Counted from the first letter of the stretch, positions 1 through 10,253 are shown. The stretch: 64,000 nt of DNA from Candidatus Nitrosopelagicus sp. (GCA_028343215.1 JAOLYB010000001.1:71879-135878); one strand, 5' to 3'. Translations and numbers: made by a program. Notes: a model not told the origin generated them from the letters alone.

Positions 1-152
1 TCATTCCAAGTACCAATCCCATTTTGAACTAACGTGTATAGTAGTTCTTTTGCACTAATTTCATCCAATTCTGTAACAATGGAAAAATCGGTAACGCTCA
101 CTCCACCTTCAAGTATACCGTTAATTCCCTTAACAACCTGTTTTGGATTCAT
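1..152 (-). CDS. Hypothetical protein, N-terminal part (runs off the window's left edge)
   Basis: Hand translation from ATG at 152: MNPKQVVKGINGILEGGVSVTDFSIVTELDEISAKELLYTLVQNGIGTWN, open to position 1; divergent from the ORF at 216. Confidence 0.65.
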   Translation of the reverse strand, partial: MNPKQVVKGINGILEGGVSVTDFSIVTELDEISAKELLYTLVQNGIGTWN

Positions 153-215
153 GTATAATTCAGTTCAATTACAATTGTATTAAAATGCTAAAATTTATCC
201 AAGGTGAAGCATTAG

Positions 216-2684
216 TTGAAACAGTTGAAAAATTTTAAAATAATTCTCATTATTTGTTTAATATCTATAATTCCACCAGCATTTGCTCAAAAAGGAACGT
301 ATGTTGATGAGATAAAGTTCATACAATATCTTGACGAGAATACCGCCTTAGAAGAAGTCAAAAATGGGAATCTCGATATGTACTATTACAGAATTTCTTC
401 AGACAGAATAGAAGATTCGGAGTCTAGAGAGAAGTTGAAGGTGTTTGAATCAACAGGAGGGTACTACAGTATTTTGTTAAATCCGACAGATGAAGGACCA
501 TTCAATCCCTTTTCAATTCGAGAAATACGATACGCTGTGAATTTTATGGTGGACAGAGATTTGATTGTGAACGAATTACTAGGAGGATTTGGGACATCAA
601 TGTTTTCAAATTATGGAAGTTTTTCTGCAGAATATTTGAGAGTCTTAGATGTGATTGAGACGTTCCAATTTAGATATAATCCATCATTTGCAGAGAAAGT
701 AATTACGGATGAATTGACAATACATGGAGCAGAGAAAATTGATGGAGTATGGAATTATGAAAATGAACCAATAGAAATTACATTTTTTATCAGAAGTGAT
801 GATCCTGTTAGAAAAGCGATAGGAGAAATTCTATCATCAGAGTTGGAAGAAATTGGATTTAAGGTGAATAAAGAATTTGGAGATTTGAATAAGGCATATG
901 TTGTGGTTTACGGTTCAAATCCTGCTGAACAGAAATGGAGTTTATACACAGAGGGGTGGGGTAGTTCAGGTTTTACAAGATATGATTCGGTTACACTTGC
1001 TCAGATGTATTCCCCATGGTTTTCAAGCATGCCTGGAAACAATAACCCATCAAACTGGAATTATGAAAATGAAAAATTAGATAAATTAACTCAGAGAATT
1101 TACTCCGGAGAATTTAATGATAAAGATGAAAGAACTAGCATAATCAAAGAGGCGATGAAAGAAGGCGTAAATGAATCGGTTCGAATATTTCTTGCAAGTA
1201 AAATTGATCAATATGTCGTGAATCAAGAGGTAGATGGAATAATCAATGCATTAGGAGCGGGAGTTCCAAGTAGATTCACACCGATTAATGTCAGAACTGA
1301 TTCAGGAACACTAGACGTAGGCGTAAAGCAAATTTATCAAGCAGCATGGAATCCTATTGGAGGATTAGGTGATACATACAGTAATCAAATTTGGCTCTCA
1401 ATTACAGACCCAATTTTAACAGGACATCCATTTTCAGGAGAGATGATGCCAATACGAAGTTCATGGGAAGTGGAAACAAATGGAATTACATCATCAATAG
1501 ATGTTCCAAATGATGCAATAAAATGGAATCCTGATTCAGAGAAATGGGATAAAGTAGGAAATGGAATTTCTGCAAAAAGTAAGATTACATATGATTTGAA
1601 ATTTAATCAATGGCATCACGGTCAAGAGATGAACATGAATGACATAATCTATTCAGTTTACTTTCTGTCAGAATGGGGTTCAGAAAGAACTGAAGATGAT
1701 AGAACGTATGATGCAGATTTTTCACCACAAGCATCTCAAGTTTTGAATACATTGAAGGGAATTCGTATAATTGATGATAATACAATTGAGGTGTATACAG
1801 ATTTTTGGCATTTTGATTCAGGGGAGATTGCGTCATGGGGAAGTGTTTGGAGCAATATGCCTTGGGAAATTATGGCATCGATGGAACAAATCGTAATAGA
1901 TGGAAAAAGTTCATTTTCACGTACAGAATCAATTACAAAAAACATCAATTGGCTTTCATTGATAATTCCAAATGATGCAAATCAGGTAAAAATGCAATTG
2001 GATACTTTTGAGGAAAATAAACACATACCAAATGCGCTAAAACAATTCAATCCACAAAACGGATTTCAAAATATTAGATATGATTCTAGTCAAGAATGGA
2101 TTACTGAGAATAATCACGCAGTGATTAGTAATGGTCCATTTTATCTGGATAGATATTCACCTGATTCAAGGACTATAGTTATCAAATCATTTGATTATGG
2201 AAATTATGTTTTTGAGCAAGGAAAATGGAAGGAGTTCGAGGATGTTAAATTTCCATCAATCAACTCTATTGAGTTTACACAGCCATATGTTTTAGGCTCA
2301 AATGAAGAAATTCTTGTTTCAACAGAAAACTCATCTGAAATCCATTACTTTATTGTTAATTCAGAAGGAGAAATTATTCTAAATGGAATTAAAGAGATAG
2401 TGAATAGTATGGGAAATATCAATTTAGATAGAAATTCAGTAATTAGTGAAGGAGTTCATACTATCAAAATTTTTGCAGCATCAGATGATGTTCTGAAACC
2501 ATACGAATACTCAAAAAGTTTCATGATAATTTCAAATGATAAAGAAATTCCAAAGACAGATGTAATTAGTGACATAAAAAAATCAGAAGTGGATTATTGG
2601 TACGTGTTATTGATTATTCCTATTTTTAGTATTATTGCAGTTTTAGTAATTAGAAAATCAAGACTTTCTACCAATAACAAATAG
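216..2684 (+). CDS. ABC transporter substrate-binding protein, peptide/nickel family 5, with C-terminal membrane anchor
   Basis: 822 aa; signal peptide ending PAFA; NPFSIREIRYAVNFMVDR, SNGPFYL and WHHGQEMNMNDIIYS are SBP_bac_5-like motifs; C-terminal TM followed by basic residues. Confidence 0.85.
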   Translation: MKQLKNFKIILIICLISIIPPAFAQKGTYVDEIKFIQYLDENTALEEVKNGNLDMYYYRISSDRIEDSESREKLKVFESTGGYYSILLNPTDEGPFNPFSIREIRYAVNFMVDRDLIVNELLGGFGTSMFSNYGSFSAEYLRVLDVIETFQFRYNPSFAEKVITDELTIHGAEKIDGVWNYENEPIEITFFIRSDDPVRKAIGEILSSELEEIGFKVNKEFGDLNKAYVVVYGSNPAEQKWSLYTEGWGSSGFTRYDSVTLAQMYSPWFSSMPGNNNPSNWNYENEKLDKLTQRIYSGEFNDKDERTSIIKEAMKEGVNESVRIFLASKIDQYVVNQEVDGIINALGAGVPSRFTPINVRTDSGTLDVGVKQIYQAAWNPIGGLGDTYSNQIWLSITDPILTGHPFSGEMMPIRSSWEVETNGITSSIDVPNDAIKWNPDSEKWDKVGNGISAKSKITYDLKFNQWHHGQEMNMNDIIYSVYFLSEWGSERTEDDRTYDADFSPQASQVLNTLKGIRIIDDNTIEVYTDFWHFDSGEIASWGSVWSNMPWEIMASMEQIVIDGKSSFSRTESITKNINWLSLIIPNDANQVKMQLDTFEENKHIPNALKQFNPQNGFQNIRYDSSQEWITENNHAVISNGPFYLDRYSPDSRTIVIKSFDYGNYVFEQGKWKEFEDVKFPSINSIEFTQPYVLGSNEEILVSTENSSEIHYFIVNSEGEIILNGIKEIVNSMGNINLDRNSVISEGVHTIKIFAASDDVLKPYEYSKSFMIISNDKEIPKTDVISDIKKSEVDYWYVLLIIPIFSIIAVLVIRKSRLSTNNK

Positions 2685-3281
2685 CGTTCCAAATTCACGT
2701 TTCCATTTGGATTTGTTTTTAGAATCTGTGACATGTTTTGAACGAGTAGTAAAGCCAATTTCGCGGAACATTTGCTTCCATTCTTTTTCAGAACGTAAAT
2801 CCATTGGAATATCCATATCTTTTACCCATCTAGTGGTCAAAGTATTATCACTGTAAAAATCAGTTCCACAGTAAAATGTACCACCCTTTTTGAGTAATTT
2901 GAATACCTTTTCTAATGCAGGCTCCATTGGTACAGAATAATATAATGATTCCATTGAAAAAATTATATCAAATTTTTCTTTTGTATCCCACGATTCAAGT
3001 TCAGTAACAAAATAACTTTCTTTTTTAGATGAAATTTTAGATTTTGCATTTTTAATCATCATTTTGCTTTTATCAATTCCAATTGCTTTGATACAAGAGG
3101 GTTTTTCTGACATTTTTCTTACTACCCAGCCATTACCACAGCCGATATCAAGAAATGTAAAATTTTCTTTTAGAGATAGTTTGTCTAGAAATTGATTTAC
3201 GGTGGTACCATGACCTTTTTCCATTTCTTCTGAGCGACCAGTATTTGCCCATACATCAAATAATTTTGAAGTTTTATCCAT
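2658..3281 (-). CDS. Class I SAM-dependent methyltransferase
   Basis: LDIGCGNG motif I, GIDKS, FDIIFS, LKKGG. Confidence 0.9.
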   Translation of the reverse strand: MDKTSKLFDVWANTGRSEEMEKGHGTTVNQFLDKLSLKENFTFLDIGCGNGWVVRKMSEKPSCIKAIGIDKSKMMIKNAKSKISSKKESYFVTELESWDTKEKFDIIFSMESLYYSVPMEPALEKVFKLLKKGGTFYCGTDFYSDNTLTTRWVKDMDIPMDLRSEKEWKQMFREIGFTTRSKHVTDSKNKSKWKREFGTLFVIGRKS

Positions 3282-3300
3282 TTGAGATGTTAAATTTTAC

Positions 3301-3798
3301 TTAATTATATTCATAGCCATATTCACGTATGATCTCATTTACCTGATCTTCAGATGTTACTTTTTGATAATCATGTAAGAGATTTTCATTTAATTCCAAA
3401 AACGTATGTCCCCAATTGAACTTCTCAAGTAGTTTTTGCGATAATTCTTCATCACCTAAAATGAAGGCAGCGCCTGCTATTGCTTCAACAGTAGTTAATT
3501 TGTTAATTTTTGAATAGTTTACGGGATTACCAGCTAAAAGAGGAGGTAATTTTCTAGATACACCAACAAAGTCTTTTTGGAAAACTTCTTCCGCTAAAGC
3601 CCATGAACAATCAATTCCAGTTATGGACGTGAAAAGTGATTTTTCCTTATTCAGTAATGTTTTTTCTGCATACGGGTGTAAAAGAACCGTTTTTGATTGA
3701 GATTTTGTGATTTTTTGTGCCAATCCAAATTTTATTAATTTAGCAGCTGTGCATTTTTTTGGATCATCTTGATAGAACATTAAAAGATTAATTTTCAT
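3301..3798 (-). CDS. tsr3: 16S rRNA aminocarboxypropyltransferase Tsr3 (DUF367)
   Basis: DDPKKCTAAKL, IDCSW, RKLPPLLAGNPVNY, LTTVEA, FNWGHTFLELN. Confidence 0.92.
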   Translation of the reverse strand: MKINLLMFYQDDPKKCTAAKLIKFGLAQKITKSQSKTVLLHPYAEKTLLNKEKSLFTSITGIDCSWALAEEVFQKDFVGVSRKLPPLLAGNPVNYSKINKLTTVEAIAGAAFILGDEELSQKLLEKFNWGHTFLELNENLLHDYQKVTSEDQVNEIIREYGYEYN

Positions 3799-3829
3799 AT
3801 TATGAGGATTTTGGGGAAGGTTTTGTGTT

Positions 3830-6800
3830 TTACTCTAATGCTACGTATGATACCTTGTAATAAAATCTAGATGGTTGATCATCTTTGAGAATTTCTACAT
3901 TCCAATTATCAATATCAATTTTTGAAGTTGAATCTTCAGGTACAATTGAGAATTTCTCTAATCTTACATCATCGCCACTATAACGAATTTTATAATTAAC
4001 GTCATCAATTGTGACAATTGAATAAATTGCACCTGGTTTTCTAGTGGATTCAGTTACTAAACAATCTGAACCTTGTCCAATTATACATTGACCACTAGAA
4101 GTAGTAATTCGAAGATTTACATCAGATTCTTCACCTCGGGCAGAAGTAAATAGTGAACCTTGGATTACACGAGGTACAAGAGTTGAATCATCAGTCGATT
4201 TTTCAGTTAAGATAATTGGAATTGTGTCATCAGCGATTCTATTGAATTTTTCAATTATTTTTTTTGAGATAGTTGTGCTAGTTTCATGAACGGGAATTCC
4301 AATTATTTCAGATTCATCAACTACAAAGAATTGTTTTTCAAATTCACCAAAATGTGTATCAACGACTATTGTATATAATCCCAAAACAGAATTGGAAGGT
4401 AGTTTATAATTCCAGAAAAATCCAGGTCCGTTAACACCTTCTTGAACTCTTATTTTCTTTTCGGAATTTCCAAATCCACATTGTGCACCTTCAAAACAAT
4501 TTATTTTTGAAACATCTGGAGTGTCAACTCTTACAGATACACTATCATAATAATAGATGTTATTTATTTTTCCAGATATTCGGATAGTGTCACCAGCCAC
4601 AAATTCATCTTTTTCTAAATTTACTGAAATTGAAGGGGACAATCCACCCTTTAGTGAAGAGTCAGTGACCTTGACAGAAGTTTCATCATGATAACCAAAG
4701 TAATCGGCTTTTACAGCATAAATTCCATCTTTGAAAACTCCAGCACGTAAATCAAAGACGGTTGCGTAATTTCCATCATCGTCAGGATATGCCTTATATC
4801 GCATATCAGTGAGGAGAAGTTTTTGTGATTTCATGATAATAGTACCGTCATAGCCAGATGATCTGTCAGATCTTTTTGTATTTTGATCTACATCACCACG
4901 AATAATATTTCCATCCGCATCTTCGTAATATGCTCCGCCTTCGCCTGAGCCGCCACCACCAGTATAATTCTCATCTGCATTAGGAACTGTTTGCACAGAT
5001 GCGGCACCAGAAATAGTCATAGATCTTGGATATGGAATTGAAACCTCAACATAATTCATCATTGCCTGAGCATAATTAGTAGAATATGATGAGCCTTCTT
5101 GTGTTTGTGCACTAGTTTTTGTAGAGGATTGGTCTAATTCAATACCTGTTTTTTGCATGACGGTTCCAGTTACAATTAATTTATCACCAACATTAAATGT
5201 CAAATTCTCACCGCATATCACAGACTCCATAGAAGGTGGAATTTCACCTTTTCCTATACTTCTCAAATCTTTTAGAATTTCATCAACATGTGCACGATTA
5301 CTTTTACAAATATTCATGGTCAGAGGTTCTTGAGTTTCAGTTTCTGTGATAATTTCAGATTGTGCAGATTTTATTTCAAATGAAAGTGATTCAGAAACAT
5401 TAGAAAGTGGGTGAACCGCATTTACAGTGTAAAGACCATAATCAAATTGTAATGGATACAATATTACATCAATAGAATAACCTCCAACTGAATCAGGATA
5501 TGCAGTAAACTTCAAGGGTTTATTGTAAACAGAACAATCATTGGTATTACAGTTTGTATAGCCATCTTTTTGATTATGATCCTGATATGTAATTGTTCGT
5601 CCAGAAGAATCAGCAAAAGTGATTTCTACAGAATTACGCATATTATTACCAATTTCTGCTTGATGATAATCCAAAATTTTTCCAGTCAAAGATAAACCAG
5701 AACCTAGTACATAACTAGATTCATTTATTTTTAATCCTAGTGGAGTTCTGATATCAACAAAAGATTCAGGATCTTCAACAACTTTGAAATAAGTTACGCC
5801 ATCTCCAAAGTATTCAGAAACAGTTACCTTGTAATCACCAAATGAACCCGCATAGTTTTCATCAGAAGAAGTATTTTCAACTAGATTAAATTCATATTCA
5901 AAAGTTCCATCACCATTCAATCTCACTCTATCCTGTAAATCAAATGGATCAGGTGCAACATAACGTGCATCAGAACCTATTGCAGATGATGATAAAACAC
6001 CAGTTTGTGTTACCTTCAATTCTAGATCTTCTACCCAGATATCATTACTTCTGCCAGTAATTTTTATGATATCTCCAACAGAATAGACTTCCTTGTCAGT
6101 GGATATTGAGATTAGTACATTTTCCTTTACGTCTTCAGATAAAACAAAACTAGCGCTAGCATTTATTGTATCATCAGAGGAATAGTATCTAGGGTTTTGA
6201 GATTTGTAAATACCTTCAATTTGATATGTTCCATAAACAGGATTTACAGTTCCCATGAATAATTGAGTTGAAAATGCAAATAGTTCTCCAGCACCCTGTT
6301 GAAATACTTTTGAAAAGCTTTCATTTGGAAAAATTGTTCCTTCAAAAATAATCTCTTGGTTTGGATTAGTTACAGTATAGTCCAATCCACCATATTGTAT
6401 TGATGAGTTTGTATCTGCCGATAATATTACAATTTCACCAGGAATGTAAGATTCTTTATCAGTAGTAATTTTCAGATTTTCTTTTTCAGATTCAAGTTCA
6501 GATGATTTATCTTCAGTGTTAATACTAAAATTTAGATTAGAAGTGTATTCACCGTAAGAAACTACCACATTATAATCACCTTGATTAAATCCTAAAACTT
6601 TTTGGAGATTTAAAGTTGTAGAAAAACTTAGATCTCTATCAGGAAATAGTGCTAAATTTTTAAAATAATTTGGACCTTGTATGTTAATTTTAATCATCTC
6701 AGGTGTAGATAAGCTGGTGAATAATTCTTCAGATATATTTCCAGAAATTGTCACAGTTTCAGTAAATACATATCCAGATTTTCCAAGAGTTGTAAATAAA

Positions 6801-7315
6801 GAAAATTCACGTTGTTCAATATCAATAATTTTTCCATTAGATGATTTTGGCGTCATTCGTTTTAATTCCCAATCAGAAGCAGAGTTTGTATCCATTCCAT
6901 CTGTAGTTCTTTGCCATGAATTACCATCATCATCTAAATCTTTGATTAGAGGAGTTTCATCAATTAAATTTCCAGCGGCATCACGAAGTGTAACAGTTTC
7001 ACCAAAGTCTTTAAACCAAAAATTGACATGTGTTAAAGCCACGAATGAATTTGGTTCAATTATTGTGCCGTCTGGAATTTCCAATGTCTTCCAAGTGGCT
7101 GACGGAACTAACGACCATCCACTAATGTCAATTTCTTTTGCTGTAGGATTATAAAGTTCAACAAATTCAGAGGTATCAGAACCAAGAGAATTAGTTTCAA
7201 CTTCATTAATTACTATATCAGAATCAAAGGAACTTTGTGAAAGTCCAGGGGTTATAGTACCACCTAGCAATAAAATCGCCATTAGGCCAAATAGTAGAGG
7301 ATTTTTCAAATGCAT
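3830..7315 (-). CDS. Large secreted lamin-tail-domain protein with repeated Ig-like modules
   Basis: 1161 aa; signal peptide; IVINEVETN...EFVELYNPT...IDISGWSL lamin tail signature; repeated TDKESY..GE.V.ISG-type modules. Confidence 0.8.
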   Translation of the reverse strand: MHLKNPLLFGLMAILLLGGTITPGLSQSSFDSDIVINEVETNSLGSDTSEFVELYNPTAKEIDISGWSLVPSATWKTLEIPDGTIIEPNSFVALTHVNFWFKDFGETVTLRDAAGNLIDETPLIKDLDDDGNSWQRTTDGMDTNSASDWELKRMTPKSSNGKIIDIEQREFSLFTTLGKSGYVFTETVTISGNISEELFTSLSTPEMIKINIQGPNYFKNLALFPDRDLSFSTTLNLQKVLGFNQGDYNVVVSYGEYTSNLNFSINTEDKSSELESEKENLKITTDKESYIPGEIVILSADTNSSIQYGGLDYTVTNPNQEIIFEGTIFPNESFSKVFQQGAGELFAFSTQLFMGTVNPVYGTYQIEGIYKSQNPRYYSSDDTINASASFVLSEDVKENVLISISTDKEVYSVGDIIKITGRSNDIWVEDLELKVTQTGVLSSSAIGSDARYVAPDPFDLQDRVRLNGDGTFEYEFNLVENTSSDENYAGSFGDYKVTVSEYFGDGVTYFKVVEDPESFVDIRTPLGLKINESSYVLGSGLSLTGKILDYHQAEIGNNMRNSVEITFADSSGRTITYQDHNQKDGYTNCNTNDCSVYNKPLKFTAYPDSVGGYSIDVILYPLQFDYGLYTVNAVHPLSNVSESLSFEIKSAQSEIITETETQEPLTMNICKSNRAHVDEILKDLRSIGKGEIPPSMESVICGENLTFNVGDKLIVTGTVMQKTGIELDQSSTKTSAQTQEGSSYSTNYAQAMMNYVEVSIPYPRSMTISGAASVQTVPNADENYTGGGGSGEGGAYYEDADGNIIRGDVDQNTKRSDRSSGYDGTIIMKSQKLLLTDMRYKAYPDDDGNYATVFDLRAGVFKDGIYAVKADYFGYHDETSVKVTDSSLKGGLSPSISVNLEKDEFVAGDTIRISGKINNIYYYDSVSVRVDTPDVSKINCFEGAQCGFGNSEKKIRVQEGVNGPGFFWNYKLPSNSVLGLYTIVVDTHFGEFEKQFFVVDESEIIGIPVHETSTTISKKIIEKFNRIADDTIPIILTEKSTDDSTLVPRVIQGSLFTSARGEESDVNLRITTSSGQCIIGQGSDCLVTESTRKPGAIYSIVTIDDVNYKIRYSGDDVRLEKFSIVPEDSTSKIDIDNWNVEILKDDQPSRFYYKVSYVALE

Positions 7316-7450
7316 TTACTACTCATATTCCTATTTTTACCAATAATAGAATCAAATTGAGAAAAAGTTGATCCGTTTGTCAAAGTCTTATGTGTTTTTG
7401 GGCACATTACAAAAGATTAGGCATGAATTGGTATAAACCGCTCGTAGAAA

Positions 7451-7708
7451 TCATACATTTCCAAATTTTTTTCTATCACATATCGGACATTTTTGATTCT
7501 CAATTTTTGAGCCACATTTTACACATATTCCTTCACCCACAGACTCTTCAATCATTTTTTTCCTACGACCAACAAAAATTCTAATTCCAAAGTAAATTGC
7601 CAATGAAATAATTATTGCATAAATGGGCGGAAGTCCAACTCCCATTAAGCCAATTAGAAAAAATAAGATTCCAACTATTAACAAAAAATCTTTTCTTTTT
7701 AATGCCAA
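7451..7708 (-). CDS. Small membrane protein with C-terminal zinc ribbon
   Basis: Two hydrophobic helices, then CVKC...CPIC. Confidence 0.75.
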   Translation of the reverse strand: MALKRKDFLLIVGILFFLIGLMGVGLPPIYAIIISLAIYFGIRIFVGRRKKMIEESVGEGICVKCGSKIENQKCPICDRKKFGNV

Positions 7709-7846
7709 GTAATTTTGTATTCAATGTTATTGATAAAAAGATAATGCCAAACTCAGATAATAGATTATTTCATTCAATTTCCATACTCTAACTCTTCTTC
7801 ATCGTTCAGCGAATAATATGACAATTCTTTGTATAAATATGTAAAA

Positions 7847-7920
7847 TGGGAGCGGCGAGATTTGAACGCGCGACCTCTGCGTCCCAAACGCAGAATCATA
7901 CCAAGCTAGACCACGCTCCC
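7847..7920 (-). tRNA. tRNA-Pro (anticodon TGG), no intron, CCA not encoded
   Basis: Reverse complement GGGAGCGTGGTCTAGCTTGGTATGATTCTGCGTTTGGGACGCAGAGGTCGCGCGTTCAAATCTCGCCGCTCCCA; acceptor stem GGGAGCG/CGCTCCC, anticodon arm CTGCG-TTTGGGA-CGCAG, T loop TTCAAAT. Confidence 0.95.
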
Positions 7921-7985
7921 AGCGAACAAAAACAATTGCCCAATTTAAACAATAGAATCTTAACTGAGTAAATCAGAGATAGCTT

Positions 7986-8879
7986 ATGGCACTTGATGAT
8001 TATATTAAAGCAGGAAAAATTGCAGGTGAAGTTAGAGAAAATGTTAGAAAAACAGATTGGGTGGGAAAAACAGTATACGAAATTTGTGAGTACGTTGAAG
8101 GAGAAATTAAAAAACGAGGAGCAAAATGTGCATTTCCTGTAAATACCAGTATTAATGAAGTAGCAGCACACTATACAGCAGAACCAAACGATGAGATAGT
8201 AATTACAGATAATGATCTTGTAAAAATTGATCTTGGTGCACAAATTGACGGATACATTGCAGATACTGCAGTAACAGTATGTTATAATCCAGAATTTGAT
8301 ACACTTGTTCAAGGTGCAGAATCTGCATTAAAGAATGCAATGTCAATGATGAAAACAGGAATAAAGTCGAGTGATGTTGGAAGGACCATAGAAAAAACTA
8401 TCAAAGATTTAGGGCTAATTCCAATTGCAAATCTCAGCGGTCATTCTTTAGAACAGTATACAATTCATGCAGGTAAATCGGTACCAAACATTTGGTCAAT
8501 TGGTTCTTTTAATTTTCCAAGTGAACAAGCATTTGCATGTGAACCTTTTGTAACAACAGGAGATGGATTGGGATTTGTTCATGAGGGAAAAGTGAAAAAT
8601 ATTTTTGCATTAGCATCAAGAAAAAAAACTAAAGACAAAGAAGCAGATGATATGTTAGATTACATATGGACAAATTTCAATATGTTGCCATTTGCGCTAA
8701 GATGGTTACTTGAAAAATGGGAAGAAAAGGATGCTAGAAGAATTTTAGAAATATTGATCAAGAAAAAGGCAGTTCATGCATATCCAGTATTAGTAGAAGG
8801 AAATGGTCAGAGAGTTGCTCAAGCAGAACATACATTCATTCCAAATGATAACGGAGTGATGATAACCACTAATCCATAA
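7986..8879 (+). CDS. map: Methionine aminopeptidase type II
   Basis: AFPVN, AAHYT, KIDLGAQIDGYIADTA, NLSGH, EPF, AQAEHT. Confidence 0.96.
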   Translation: MALDDYIKAGKIAGEVRENVRKTDWVGKTVYEICEYVEGEIKKRGAKCAFPVNTSINEVAAHYTAEPNDEIVITDNDLVKIDLGAQIDGYIADTAVTVCYNPEFDTLVQGAESALKNAMSMMKTGIKSSDVGRTIEKTIKDLGLIPIANLSGHSLEQYTIHAGKSVPNIWSIGSFNFPSEQAFACEPFVTTGDGLGFVHEGKVKNIFALASRKKTKDKEADDMLDYIWTNFNMLPFALRWLLEKWEEKDARRILEILIKKKAVHAYPVLVEGNGQRVAQAEHTFIPNDNGVMITTNP

Positions 8880-9048
8880 TTACGCCAAAAATTTTTGTAA
8901 TTGACATTTTTCCATCACATTGAGAACAATCTTCAGAAGTGGAAAAAACAACATCCCCAGTAGAAAATTTTCTTTTCTTTATGAATTTACACGAATTACA
9001 TTCCATAGAAGTATAACATGTAGAAAGTGTATTTTTTGATTTACTCAT
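8869..9048 (-). CDS. 59-aa zinc-ribbon protein (missed by ORF track)
   Basis: Hand translation MSKSKNTLSTCYTSMECNSCKFIKKRKFSTGDVVFSTSEDCSQCDGKMSITKIFGVIMD; CxxC...CxxC; its ATG overlaps the DUF1512 stop (ATGA). Confidence 0.75.
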   Translation of the reverse strand: MSKSKNTLSTCYTSMECNSCKFIKKRKFSTGDVVFSTSEDCSQCDGKMSITKIFGVIMD

Positions 9049-10169
9049 TGTGATACACCAATAGTATTTCCAACACCGATCACTAGAACTGATTGTCCAG
9101 AAGAAGTATTTTCTCTAATCATTTCATGAAGTTCATCTTTAACAGTTTTTGCACTATCTGCAATATCTTTAGTCATTAGAGTAATTGCTTCATGAATTGA
9201 TTGTTTCACAACAAGAGCTAAAATTGGAATTTGGTTATTAGTAGCAATTTCTTCAATTTTAAATCGCTCAGTACCAATACCACCAATTGCCGCACCGAAT
9301 CCTTTAGCTATAGATGCAGAATCCTCACCTTCAAGTTTCAATGATGCATCAATCATAATTATAAGATCAGGTTTTTTAATTGAAATTATCTTTTCAAGTC
9401 CATCACCAGGACGACCAACCGTCGCATTTGGACCTTCAGCTTTTAATAAAAATAAATCTCTATCTTCAAAAGTTGTTTTTGACCAGACCGTTTCGAATGC
9501 AGCAGGTTCTTTGGTAGTACCTAACATCATTTCACCAACTATCATTGGTCCAATACCATCACCAATTGGTTGACCATGTTTTATTGCAGGCATTGCATCC
9601 TTCAATGCAACAGCCTCTTCCATAATGAAAGGAATCATCATTTGTAATGGTAAAATTAACGGGAAGTTTTTCTGTTTTTTTGCAGTGAGATATAGATGAC
9701 GTGTGTATTTATGAAATAATTGTAAAGTAGTAACTATTTCTAATAAATTCTGAAGTTTGGATAACTCTACAGAAGATAAATTAGAAAACATTGTATTAAT
9801 TTGTAATCTAATAAAATCTTCTCGTGAACGAACTAGATGATTAATTTTTAAAATAATTCCATTAGGATCTATATCCACAGGCATAATCGTGAAATAATCA
9901 AAAAAACTATCCAATTTTTTTGATGGATCAGATTTGTATGTAAGATTATTTTTCACATAATTTAGAAAATCCTTTTTTGTAGATGTAGTATATTCATCTA
10001 GTTTTCCAATATCTTTTTTAATTTCATTTGATGATATTATCAGTTGAATTCGTTGTCCATAAAAAACAAAGATTATGACAGGTAGTATCCATATCAACAT
10101 CATTACTGTATCAATATCTTCACCAACCCATGCTAAAAATTCATCAAGATTATAACCTAAAATTTCCAA
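9045..10169 (-). CDS. DUF1512-family membrane-anchored protein
   Basis: N-terminal TM; PVDIDPNGI, GDGIGP, IDASLKLEGE, GAAIGGIGTERFKIEE, GVGNTIGV C-terminus. Confidence 0.8.
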   Translation of the reverse strand: MEILGYNLDEFLAWVGEDIDTVMMLIWILPVIIFVFYGQRIQLIISSNEIKKDIGKLDEYTTSTKKDFLNYVKNNLTYKSDPSKKLDSFFDYFTIMPVDIDPNGIILKINHLVRSREDFIRLQINTMFSNLSSVELSKLQNLLEIVTTLQLFHKYTRHLYLTAKKQKNFPLILPLQMMIPFIMEEAVALKDAMPAIKHGQPIGDGIGPMIVGEMMLGTTKEPAAFETVWSKTTFEDRDLFLLKAEGPNATVGRPGDGLEKIISIKKPDLIIMIDASLKLEGEDSASIAKGFGAAIGGIGTERFKIEEIATNNQIPILALVVKQSIHEAITLMTKDIADSAKTVKDELHEMIRENTSSGQSVLVIGVGNTIGVSQ

Positions 10170-10243
10170 TAATCAATTACTTTAATTTTGTAATTTAATC
10201 ATATCCATGCAATTAAGAGAGAAAATGTGTAATTTCACGAGTA

Positions 10244-10253
10244 TTTTTATTAA
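10244..10253 (+). promoter_or_regulatory. Probable TATA box of tbp
   Basis: TTTTTATTAA located 22-31 nt upstream of ATG 10275. Confidence 0.5.

Noticed and set aside
7709-7920. tRNA-Pro as an integration site for an island
   Set aside because: No integrase was found and I saw no duplicated tRNA 3' end; flanking genes look like core genes.
7896-8312. 138-aa Cys/Phe-rich ORF
   Set aside because: It is antisense to map and overlaps the tRNA; spurious.
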